A stretch of DNA of 32,000 bases from Candidatus Nitrospira inopinata (GCF_001458695.1 NZ_LN885086.1:1470001-1502000); one strand, 5' to 3'; positions 17,377 to 26,452 are shown, numbered from the stretch's first letter. Notes: a model not told the origin generated them from the sequence alone. Translations and numbers: made by a program.

Positions 17377-18524
17377 TACGGGGTTCCGTCTTTCGCTCGC
17401 ACGTCATGGGGAAAGGTGATGGTGAACGTCGTGCCCCGTCCTACTTGACTGTCGACGTCGATGGAGCCGTGCATGCGGTGAACGACGTTCTTGATGTTGT
17501 ATAGTCCGAGCCCCGTGCCCTTGCCGGGCGGTTTGGTCGTGAAGAACGGCTCAAAGATCCGTCCCATCACGTCCGGCGGGATGCCGTGCCCCGTGTCGGA
17601 AATTTTGACGACCGTCGCTCCATCGACGGTGGAGGTGGCAATGGTCAACACGCCTCCCCGTTCCATGGCCTGGACGGCGTTGGTGATGAGATTGATGAAC
17701 ACGTGGAGAATTTCGTCGGGGTTGCCGATCGCTGTCGCCTCGGGCCAATAAGACTTGCGCACCTCGATGTCTTGAAGTCCCACGGCGTAGCGGGCGATTT
17801 TGAGCGCCTCGTCCAGTTTGGCGTTGATGGGGACCGCCTGATCGGAACGGGCGGAGGTTCGTCGGGAGTAGGACGTGAGATCCCGACAGATGGCCGTCGT
17901 GCGTTTGACGGCTTCGACGATGTCTCGCGCTTGGAGGTGAACCGCCTCGAGATCCCGCTCGTCGGTGAGATTTTCGGCCAGGCCCAAAATGAGCTGGAGC
18001 GGGTTGTTCATGTCGTGGGCGATGCCCGCGGCGAACGACCCGATTCCCGCGAGTTTGTCCGTTTGGAGCAACTGGGCCTGGAGCGCGAATTCATGCCGGA
18101 CCAAGTCATACAGCAGGCGGGAGGACGGACCGCTCAAGATGCCGACTCCCGCCGGGACCTGTTGCCGGAGGGTTTTCTCCATGGCCGTGTCTCCGGTGAC
18201 GTCGATCACCAGATCCGGTTCGGCGACGCGCAGGAGGTCGGCGCTCTCGCTGAACACCGGCACGTGGAGCTCGCGCGCGTGCCGGAGACCGGGGGCGTCG
18301 GGGTGTCGGTCCGCGATGCCGACCACTTCGACGGTCCGAAGTTGGTGGAGCAGCGTCAGCATCGCCGTGCCTCCCCGGCCCGCTCCCACGATCGCGATTT
18401 TCGTGGGAGCCGGAGCGGGCGTTCCCTCATAACCGTCGAGACCGGACAACCGATCGGTCGTCGTGACGGGGGCGTGAGGCCGGCTCGCCGAAGGGTCAGA
18501 TTTGGTCAGTTCAGGGTTCGTCAC
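17376..18524 (-). CDS. Soluble histidine kinase with N-terminal Rossmann-type (GxGxxG) domain
   Basis: 382-aa ORF starting at a GTG. The N-terminal IAIVGAGRGGTAMLTLL...VEVVGIADRHPD... resembles a dinucleotide-binding fold. The H-box is GIAHDMNNPL and the HATPase boxes are DTGHGIP and GTGLGL. No TM segment is present. Confidence 0.85.
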   Translation of the reverse strand: MTNPELTKSDPSASRPHAPVTTTDRLSGLDGYEGTPAPAPTKIAIVGAGRGGTAMLTLLHQLRTVEVVGIADRHPDAPGLRHARELHVPVFSESADLLRVAEPDLVIDVTGDTAMEKTLRQQVPAGVGILSGPSSRLLYDLVRHEFALQAQLLQTDKLAGIGSFAAGIAHDMNNPLQLILGLAENLTDERDLEAVHLQARDIVEAVKRTTAICRDLTSYSRRTSARSDQAVPINAKLDEALKIARYAVGLQDIEVRKSYWPEATAIGNPDEILHVFINLITNAVQAMERGGVLTIATSTVDGATVVKISDTGHGIPPDVMGRIFEPFFTTKPPGKGTGLGLYNIKNVVHRMHGSIDVDSQVGRGTTFTITFPHDVRAKDGTP

Positions 18525-18955
18525 AGGCGCGCCAGCTCCCTTTGCTCCATCGCGCGGGCCACGGAGGCTTTGAGTTTCTCGCCTTCGACCGGCTTGACCA
18601 GGTAATCGACGACGCCCTGCCGCAAGAGCGAGGTCGCCATGTCGGTGTCGGGGAATCCCGTCAGCACGATGAGCGGCACGCGGGGATAGTTCTGACGAAA
18701 GTACGAAATGGCCTCGATGCCGTTGACCTTCGGCATGCGGATGTCGCAGATGATGACGTCCAGCAGGAGACGATTCTCGCCCGTATTGATCGTTTCGATC
18801 GCCTTCGCCCCGTTTTCCGCTTCGAGGACTTCGTATCCGGCTTTTTGAAGAGTCATTCTGACCACCTTGCGGATGTCCGGCTCATCGTCGACGACGAGCA
18901 CTCGGCCGTTGCAGCTTTCACCGCCCATGAAAAACCCTGATTTGAACTCGTTCAT
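18521..18955 (-). CDS. Receiver-only response regulator
   Basis: The track ORF is 18521..19030. The ATG at 18955 has SD GGGAGG 5 nt upstream. Motifs: RVLVVDDEPDIR...DVIICDIRMPKVNG...LIVLTG...VKP. There is no output domain. Confidence 0.85.
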   Translation of the reverse strand: MNEFKSGFFMGGESCNGRVLVVDDEPDIRKVVRMTLQKAGYEVLEAENGAKAIETINTGENRLLLDVIICDIRMPKVNGIEAISYFRQNYPRVPLIVLTGFPDTDMATSLLRQGVVDYLVKPVEGEKLKASVARAMEQRELARL

Positions 18956-19238
18956 GGCAACCTCCCGGTAAAGTGTGATGGGCGACTGTCGTAACCTTGT
19001 CGGTCTTGACACGATTGTGAGAGAACGCAAGGCCCGTGCCGCATGAGATGGGTGAAGAAAGTTGAATTTTCTGCGGAGTTTGAGGGGCGCCGTGTCGATG
19101 CTTCAGCGTGGTGGCTCAGTTGCACCACCAACGTGGTGATATCAACCAGGGGGAGTGCATTGCCTTCAGCGGGGAACTTCGGCTAGGGTAGTGGCCGGGA
19201 AGTTTCTCAGAACGGATAGAACAAGCCGAGGGGGACTC

Positions 19239-19493
19239 GTGATTACAGAAGAGACGTTAACAGACTACATTCGAAAGGGCATGCCGGACGCGGCAGTGAC
19301 CGTGACGGATCGAACGGGAACGGGGGACCATCTCAAAGTGTTCGTCATTTCATCGGCGTTTGAGGGGAAGACCCTGTTGGATCGGCACCGGATGATTTAT
19401 CAGGCGCTGGATGTTCCTCTAAAAGACGGTCGTATTCACGCGTTGGAGCTGACGGCCAAAACACCGGAAGAAACGGGCAAGACGAGCGATTGA
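19239..19493 (+). CDS. BolA-family protein
   Basis: The track ORF is 19155..19493. The GTG at 19239 is preceded by GAGGGGGA. Sequence: ...VTVTDRTGTGDHLKVFVISSAFEGKTLLDRHRMIYQAL...RIHALELTAKTPEE, containing the BolA signatures (RHR...IHAL). Confidence 0.8.
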   Translation: MITEETLTDYIRKGMPDAAVTVTDRTGTGDHLKVFVISSAFEGKTLLDRHRMIYQALDVPLKDGRIHALELTAKTPEETGKTSD

Positions 19494-19536
19494 ACGTCGG
19501 AGCAGGGGGGAGATTCGAGAGAAAGGAGACTGGACG

Positions 19537-19860
19537 ATGGCGGATCCGATGGAAGAAGAGATTCAAAAAGAAGTGAAGGCGCACAAGATTTTGATCTATG
19601 GCAAGGGCACCAAGCAGATGCCGATGTGCGGGTTTACGCGTGAGACCATGCAGTTTTTCGACAAGTATGGCTACCCCTATGAGGTCATCGACGTACTCTC
19701 TCAGCCGGCCAAGCGGGAAACTCTCACGAGAATGACCAATTGGCCGACGTTGCCCAAAGTTTTCATCGACGGAACCTTTTATGGGGACACCGACATTCTT
19801 GATCCGATGGAAGCCAAGGGCGAGATCGAGCCTCTGTTAAAAAAGGTGTTCGGGAGATAG
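19537..19860 (+). CDS. grxD: Monothiol (Grx4-type) glutaredoxin with CGFT active-site variant
   Basis: 107-aa ORF with SD AAAGGAGA. Sequence: KILIYGKGTKQMPMCGFTRETMQFF...WPTLPKVFIDGTFYGDTDIL. It is collinear with CGFS-type glutaredoxins and is paired with BolA. Confidence 0.85.
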   Translation: MADPMEEEIQKEVKAHKILIYGKGTKQMPMCGFTRETMQFFDKYGYPYEVIDVLSQPAKRETLTRMTNWPTLPKVFIDGTFYGDTDILDPMEAKGEIEPLLKKVFGR

Positions 19861-20008
19861 ACGTCTCCGTCGGCCCACCGTTTGCTCGGCGGTCGTGCTG
19901 CGATCCGCTTGAGGCGCTGGTTTGCGCCGTGGCCTCATCATCAAGACAGAGGGGCCATCTCCGATTCTTCTTCTTTTCCCGTCGTCGGTTTTGGGGTCGA
20001 TTGTGACC

Positions 20009-20845
20009 ATGAAGTTGTCTCCGTGGGGGACATTCAGGCGGATGCCGTTGGGGCTGGTCATGGTCTGGACTACGACGTTCGTGACCGGCTGCGCTCACGA
20101 TGGTCGGCACGGGAGTTTTAACTGGGATCGTGCCCGGTTCGTCGATTTGACCCATGCGTTCGGATCGGACACGATCGTGTGGCCGACCGAACAGGAGTTC
20201 CGCCTGATCGTCCAACACGCGGAGCAGTCGGAAGGCGGCTATTATTATGCCTCGAATCGTATCGAGATGCCCGAACACGGTGGGACGCACATCGATGCTC
20301 CCGTTCATTTTTCACGGGGCGGACGGACGGTCGATCAGATCCCGTTGGACGGGTTGATCGGCCGGGCGGTCCGCGTCGACGTCAGGTCCCGTTGCGAGGA
20401 GGATCGGGATTATTGCGTGACGGTTCAGGACCTCGAGCGGTGGGAGGCCGAGCATGGGCGAATTCCGGATCGAGCCATCGTGTTGTTGGAAACGGGCTAT
20501 GGGCGGTACTGGCCTTCGCGGGAGCGGTATCTGGGGACAGAGCAGCGAGGATCAGACGGCGTGCGAGCGCTGCGGTTTCCCGGCCTGCACCCGGACGCGG
20601 CCGCCTGGCTGATCCGCGAGAGGCGGATCAAGGCCGTCGGCATCGATACGGCGTCGATCGATCATGGTCGATCGACCACGTTCGACACACACGTCACTCT
20701 TCTTGCGCATCAGGTGCCGGTCTTTGAAAACCTTGCCGAGTTACGCCAATTGCCGGATCGCGACTTCGCGGTGATCGCCCTGCCCATGAAAATTGCGGGG
20801 GGAACAGGCGGACCCTTGCGCATCATCGCGGTTATTACTCGATAA
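20009..20845 (+). CDS. Cyclase-family protein (kynurenine formamidase / arylformamidase-like) with lipoprotein-type signal peptide
   Basis: The track ORF is 19922..20845; I prefer the ATG at 20009. The metal-binding motif HGGTHIDAPVHF (HxGTHxDxPxH) is present. The N-terminus MKLSPWGTFRRMPLGLVMVWTTTFVTGC looks like an export/lipoprotein signal. The SD is weak, so the start is uncertain. Confidence 0.75.
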   Translation: MKLSPWGTFRRMPLGLVMVWTTTFVTGCAHDGRHGSFNWDRARFVDLTHAFGSDTIVWPTEQEFRLIVQHAEQSEGGYYYASNRIEMPEHGGTHIDAPVHFSRGGRTVDQIPLDGLIGRAVRVDVRSRCEEDRDYCVTVQDLERWEAEHGRIPDRAIVLLETGYGRYWPSRERYLGTEQRGSDGVRALRFPGLHPDAAAWLIRERRIKAVGIDTASIDHGRSTTFDTHVTLLAHQVPVFENLAELRQLPDRDFAVIALPMKIAGGTGGPLRIIAVITR

Positions 20846-21117
20846 ATAAGAGCAACGGATGCCTCCTCTTCGGCCGGTTTTAGGCCTGCCCGATGTCTTC
20901 TGCCGAGCCTTTCACGATTGGCGACGAGGAAACGTGAAATAGCCTGCTCAGGCAAGGAGTTGCGCCCTGCTCGTTGACGATGCGCCAACGGATGATACAC
21001 TGAGAACCGGCACGACGTCGCCGGGTGACCGTTCGCGTTTCCGTTTGCGGAGAGACGGGCGAACGTGAGGAGTGACAAGCGATCATTGTCCGAGAGTGAT
21101 CTCACGATAACGAGAGC

Positions 21118-21390
21118 ATGATCCATATTCTTTTGGCAGCCGGGCTGACCGTGGGAGTTGTTTTCGTGTATTGGTGTTACGACCTGTTCTGCCGATTTGA
21201 GGACGATCCCACGATGCACCCCGAACATTCCCATGGTCCGTTGCATGCGGATGTGACGGCCCCAAGCGCGACGCTTTCAGAGAGGGAGCGGCCTTTCCTT
21301 CGACATAGCCGAAGCGGGAGCAGGTTTCGATCCAAGGCCGACAGTCCTCTCCTCGGGGAACAACCGGAGGATCTCCGTCGAGCGGCCTAA
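21118..21390 (+). CDS. Possible small membrane protein with His-rich segment (hypothetical)
   Basis: 90-aa ORF. The N-terminal TM-like helix is IHILLAAGLTVGVVFVYWCYDLF, followed by MHPEHSHGPLH and a charged, disordered tail. The SD is weak. It lies in an otherwise unassigned 585-bp gap. Confidence 0.3.
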   Translation: MIHILLAAGLTVGVVFVYWCYDLFCRFEDDPTMHPEHSHGPLHADVTAPSATLSERERPFLRHSRSGSRFRSKADSPLLGEQPEDLRRAA

Positions 21391-21430
21391 TCATCTTAGT
21401 GCGTGCTCTTTTTATCCTGGAAAAAGCCGA

Positions 21431-22633
21431 CTAGGACGCGACGGCCTGTTTGGTTTCGTCCAAGTGCTTTTGGAGATACGTCATGAAGGGAGTGCCGCCG
21501 GTCCCCACCGAGGTGGGATTGCTTGCGTGGGTTTGGTGTTGGCGATGGATGTACTCATCGGCGTAGCCGATGTGGACTTCCCGGAACTGAGCCAAAAGAT
21601 CGACGCAATCACAGTAGGCGGACCACAGTTCGGGATGGCGCCGCTTGCGATCGCGAACATAGCCCGACAGCAGGGGGCGTCCCTGATCGTCGGTTCGATT
21701 CTCCAATGTCTCAAGGAAAGCACGGTGGCGCGGCGGCATGTAGTCCCGCATCTCCTGGAGATAGACCGTCAAAGGATCTGGAGCGTGACGGATACCGAGT
21801 CCCGCGTCCAGGCAGGGGACGATGGTGCTTTGGGCGCCGGTCTCTCCGCGAAACTGCCGCGGCTGCTTCCCGTAGGCTTCAACCTGTTCATAGACGAGAC
21901 CGTCGGGCAACGACGGATTGTTTTTCCACCCGTGGATATAGGGCCTGACCCGGGTGTAATACACGTAGGGATCGCAGCGCTCTTTCATCCGGAGCAAGGT
22001 ATCCCGCATGGCGATTTGCCCGGCGGCCAAGGCTCGCAATCCGGATAGAACCTCCTCGTCGTTTCCCTGCGAGGCGGCGTTGATTGCTCTCGCTAAACCG
22101 TCGAGACCGGGGCCCGCTTGCCGTTCGATTTGGATGTGGACCACGACAAACCACTCTTCATCGATCCCGCCGAGGAAGTTCTGGAGCAACACGATATTGT
22201 CGAGCTGAACGGGTTTCGACTTGTCCAACCGGCGCCAGTTATCCAGCGCATAAGAGGCATAGGACAGGACGGGGGGACGGCCGACTCGCTTGGCGATCTC
22301 ATGCCAGGGAGCGGAAAGTTGTACGGGAATCTTGTTGGCCGGATGATCGGGTGTTTCCCACACGTAGGCGTGACCAGCGAAAGAAAGGACCCGCATCGCG
22401 GCCCGATGCTCGGCGTCGCCCCAGCCGGCTGGAACGGTGGGGAGCAACGGCGCATGTTCGTCAATAAACCGGCGGACCTGGCGCGCGCTCAACAATTTCG
22501 GTAACTCTCGGCCAAGAAAATTGAGCGTGGCGCAATCGGGGACCGTTTCCAGGGGGTCTGACGGCAGGAATCCCCTTTCCGGAGAAAGGTCAAAATCCGC
22601 GAGCGCTAGCGGGCGATGGGTACTTGGTGCCAT
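21431..22633 (-). CDS. Indoleamine 2,3-dioxygenase (IDO) family heme dioxygenase
   Basis: The track ORF is 21431..22720; I prefer the ATG at 22633 (MAPSTHRPL...). From memory, it is collinear with human IDO1. Pairs (this protein / IDO1): GWKNNPSLPDGLVYE / GWKGNPQLSDGLVYEG; GETGAQSTIVPCLDAGLGI / GGSAGQSSVFQCFDVLLGI; YMPPRHRAFL / YMPPAHRNFL; REVHIGYADEYI / RSYHLQIVTKYI (proximal His); GTGGTPFMTYL / GTGGTDLMNFL. Confidence 0.85.
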   Translation of the reverse strand: MAPSTHRPLALADFDLSPERGFLPSDPLETVPDCATLNFLGRELPKLLSARQVRRFIDEHAPLLPTVPAGWGDAEHRAAMRVLSFAGHAYVWETPDHPANKIPVQLSAPWHEIAKRVGRPPVLSYASYALDNWRRLDKSKPVQLDNIVLLQNFLGGIDEEWFVVVHIQIERQAGPGLDGLARAINAASQGNDEEVLSGLRALAAGQIAMRDTLLRMKERCDPYVYYTRVRPYIHGWKNNPSLPDGLVYEQVEAYGKQPRQFRGETGAQSTIVPCLDAGLGIRHAPDPLTVYLQEMRDYMPPRHRAFLETLENRTDDQGRPLLSGYVRDRKRRHPELWSAYCDCVDLLAQFREVHIGYADEYIHRQHQTHASNPTSVGTGGTPFMTYLQKHLDETKQAVAS

Positions 22634-22851
22634 GGTGATCTCAGAACCTACTCTATCATTCTGCGGCGAGATTGCAATAAGCCCGGTGGCACGGTTTACA
22701 ATTGACGTGGAAGGACACAAGAGGACAGCCGGGTATCGACGGCGCTCGTTTGGGCCGGGGCGAATGGCACACCCGTCTTAATCTTAATCACGAATATCAA
22801 TGGACCTGTCGCGGGTTATTGCTATAGTTGAGCCAGCAAGGAGGTGTCGTC

Positions 22852-23658
22852 GTGGCGTATTTGCAAAAGTCTCTGCTGTGCACCGTGAGCGGCTTTTTCT
22901 TTCTGTTGGTCGGATCCGTGGCCGGCGCGGAAGGAGACGGCCGAGGGCATCAGGGTCGTCATCTTTATCTCAAGCATGATGGAGGAACATTTGCGCATTA
23001 TCTCGAGCTTCGAGCCGACGGATCCTATCGGCGGGTCGCTAAAGGCTCTCAATACATCGAAGAGCGAGACCATGGAAAGTGGCGACAAAACAGTGAGCGG
23101 AGGCTGCTGCTGAGATCCGATGCCCACCTTCGGAATATCAGTTCGGGAGATTTGCTGATTTCCATGCGGCAACGTGATCGGCTGAAAACCCTGCCGGACC
23201 TCAAGCAGCGCATTCAGGCATTCCTCAAAGCCCATCGCTCTCAAGAGTTCCCGCCCGAGGATATCGAGCGCATCAGAGAAACCAGTATCGGCGGCGATCT
23301 TCACATCAAGGTCGCCGATATCACGGTGCTGGGCGCCAGGCGAGTGCAGCGGTCCGATCTGGAAAAACTTGTGGGCGAAATTGATCGCTTCTTGTCCAGC
23401 AGTGAGAAAAATCTCTTTACCTTGGTCCCGCTGGAGTACAAAGCCGCGACCATCTATGTCGATGATGATCGGGCCGAATTGACCAAAAAGATCATTGCGG
23501 ACGAATTGGCCGGAGTTCCTACCCCGACTTCAGCCGCCGATCAGCATGGATACCAGGAAATTGACGAGGCGCAATTTCTTAAAGAGACGAACGATTCCCA
23601 GACGGTGTCACTCTCCTCGCAGGAAGGCGACCGTCTCAAACGCTCCGGTCACGATTGA
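22852..23658 (+). CDS. Hypothetical secreted protein (no recognised domain)
   Basis: The track ORF is 22828..23658, starting at a TTG. The GTG at 22852 lies 7 nt after AAGGAGG. The signal-peptide-like N-terminus is VAYLQKSLLCTVSGFFFLLVGSVAGAEG. GC is lower than in neighbouring genes (spot count 30/60 at 23041-23100). Confidence 0.55.
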   Translation: MAYLQKSLLCTVSGFFFLLVGSVAGAEGDGRGHQGRHLYLKHDGGTFAHYLELRADGSYRRVAKGSQYIEERDHGKWRQNSERRLLLRSDAHLRNISSGDLLISMRQRDRLKTLPDLKQRIQAFLKAHRSQEFPPEDIERIRETSIGGDLHIKVADITVLGARRVQRSDLEKLVGEIDRFLSSSEKNLFTLVPLEYKAATIYVDDDRAELTKKIIADELAGVPTPTSAADQHGYQEIDEAQFLKETNDSQTVSLSSQEGDRLKRSGHD

Positions 23659-23683
23659 TGAGATGGCCCTGAGTCTCCTCTCC

Positions 23684-23708
23684 CAAGCTGGGCAAGCTGG
23701 GCAAGCTG
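23684..23708. repeat. Short tandem repeat, CAAGCTGGG x about 2.8
   Basis: CAAGCTGGGCAAGCTGGGCAAGCTG, read directly, in the convergent intergenic region between the hypothetical gene and ahcY. Confidence 0.6.
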
Positions 23709-23729
23709 CGGCCGCGGAGATGGCCGCAG
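23706..23729. terminator. GC-rich hairpin between convergent genes (possible bidirectional terminator)
   Basis: CTGCGGCC-gcggagat-GGCCGCAG forms a perfect 8-bp stem with an 8-nt loop. No adjacent U-tract is present, so this is weak as an intrinsic terminator. Confidence 0.25.
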
Positions 23730-23816
23730 CGGAACGCACGGCCGGGGCGTGTGCGCCGTGATGAGCGAGAGGGTAAGTCTCGGCAGGTGGAAAGTCGAAC
23801 GGAACCGGCCCCCGGG

Positions 23817-25154
<1,338 letters not shown>

Positions 25155-25207
25155 TCAAACTGGTCTTTGATCGCCCCACGTCGGTCCGGCGCCGAAATCC
25201 GTCTCGG

Positions 25208-26356
25208 TCAGAGTCCCGCGTCTCTGCGCAGAGCTTTGGCCTTGTCGGTCTTTTCCCACGTGAATTCCGGCTCGTTGCGACCGAAATGCCCATAGGCGGC
25301 GGTTTTGCGGAAGATGGGCCGGCGCAGCTTGAGATGATCGATAATGCCGCGCGGAGTCATGGGGAAATGTTTGCGCACGAGCTTGTCGAGGTGATCGACG
25401 GACACCTTTTCAGTATTCTTGGTGTCAACGAGGACCGAGACGGGATCGGCCACGCCGATGGCATAGGCCAACTGCACCTCGCACTTGTCGGCCAAGCCGG
25501 CCGCCACGATATTCTTGGCGATATAGCGGGCCATGTAGGAAGCGGATCGGTCGACTTTCGTGGGATCCTTTCCGGAGAAGGCTCCGCCCCCATGGCTGCC
25601 ATGGCCGCCGTAGGTGTCCACGATGATTTTTCGGCCGGTCAGGCCGGTGTCGCCCATCGGGCCGCCCACGACGAATCGTCCCGTCGGATTGATGTGGTGC
25701 TTGACGCCGGCCGGGTCATAGAGCGATTTGGGCATGACGGGCTTGATGACGTGCTCCATGATGTCCCGCTCGATTTGTTTGTTGGTGACGTTCGGGCTGT
25801 GTTGGGTGGAAATGACGATGGTGTCGATTCGCACCGGCTTGCCGTTTTTGTACTCGACGGTCACCTGGGACTTGCCGTCCGGGCGTACCCATTTGAGTTT
25901 TTCCGTTTTGCGCACCTCGGCCAGCCGTCTGGTGAGGCGATGCGCCAAGACGATGGGCATCGGCATCAATTCTTCCGTCTCGTTGGTCGCGTAGCCGAAC
26001 ATGAGGCCCTGGTCGCCGGCGCCGCCGGAATCGACGCCCATGGCGATGTCGTTCGATTGCTGATGAATGGCGGTCAATACCGAGCACGTGTGATAGTCGA
26101 ATCCCCATGAGGCGTCGGTATAGCCGACGCTCTTGATGACGTCCCGAATGACGTCGGGGATCTCGACATAGGCGTGGGTGGAAATTTCTCCGGCGACGAA
26201 GGCGATGCCGGTCGTCAGGATGGTTTCGCAGGCGACGCGGCTGTATTTATCCTTGGCGATCAGGGCGTCCAAAATGCCGTCGGATATCTGATCGGCGATT
26301 TTATCCGGGTGCCCTTCGGTGACGGATTCCGAGGTGAACAAATAGTTGCTTCGCAT
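25208..26356 (-). CDS. metK: S-adenosylmethionine synthetase (methionine adenosyltransferase)
   Basis: The track ORF is 25208..26410. The ATG at 26356 ([26 protein letters not shown]...) has SD GAGGA 4 nt upstream. Conserved motifs include [12 protein letters not shown] and [16 protein letters not shown]. Confidence 0.95.
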   Translation of the reverse strand: MRSNYLFTSESVTEGHPDKIADQISDGILDALIAKDKYSRVACETILTTGIAFVAGEISTHAYVEIPDVIRDVIKSVGYTDASWGFDYHTCSVLTAIHQQSNDIAMGVDSGGAGDQGLMFGYATNETEELMPMPIVLAHRLTRRLAEVRKTEKLKWVRPDGKSQVTVEYKNGKPVRIDTIVISTQHSPNVTNKQIERDIMEHVIKPVMPKSLYDPAGVKHHINPTGRFVVGGPMGDTGLTGRKIIVDTYGGHGSHGGGAFSGKDPTKVDRSASYMARYIAKNIVAAGLADKCEVQLAYAIGVADPVSVLVDTKNTEKVSVDHLDKLVRKHFPMTPRGIIDHLKLRRPIFRKTAAYGHFGRNEPEFTWEKTDKAKALRRDAGL

Positions 26357-26452
26357 AGGGTCCTCTGGGTTGTGAGAGTGATCGATGCGTTGACTCGTAT
26401 GACGGGGCATTCGTACTCGGCGAGGCCGAACGTCCCGTTGAAACCGAAGAGG

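Noticed and set aside
16036-17407. 441-aa plus-strand ORF and 326-aa minus-strand alternative-frame ORF overlapping the HK1 gene
   Set aside because: Both are Arg/Gly/Asp-rich shadow frames. The 831-aa frame contains a coherent TM-Cache-TM-HAMP-PAS-HisKA-HATPase architecture.
20710-21246. 178-aa minus-strand ORF spanning the 3' end of the cyclase gene and the downstream gap
   Set aside because: It overlaps the well-supported cyclase C-terminus. It has no SD, motif or coherent hydrophobicity pattern.
22687-22703. Sigma-54-like TGGCAC box in the IDO/hypothetical divergent region
   Set aside because: TGGCAC is present, but the position 10 nt downstream of the GG reads AA rather than the required GC of the -12 element (TGGCACggtttACAA).
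26357-26446. Possible SAM riboswitch in the roughly 90-nt metK leader
   Set aside because: I read the minus-strand leader (…CCTCTTCGGTTTCAACGGGACGTTCGGCCTCGCCGAGTACGAATGCCCCGTC…). It can form an imperfect hairpin (TCGGC-ctc-GCCGA core). I could not match it to the SAM-I, SAM-II, SAM-V or SAM/SAH consensus features I know. An Rfam covariance-model scan would settle this.
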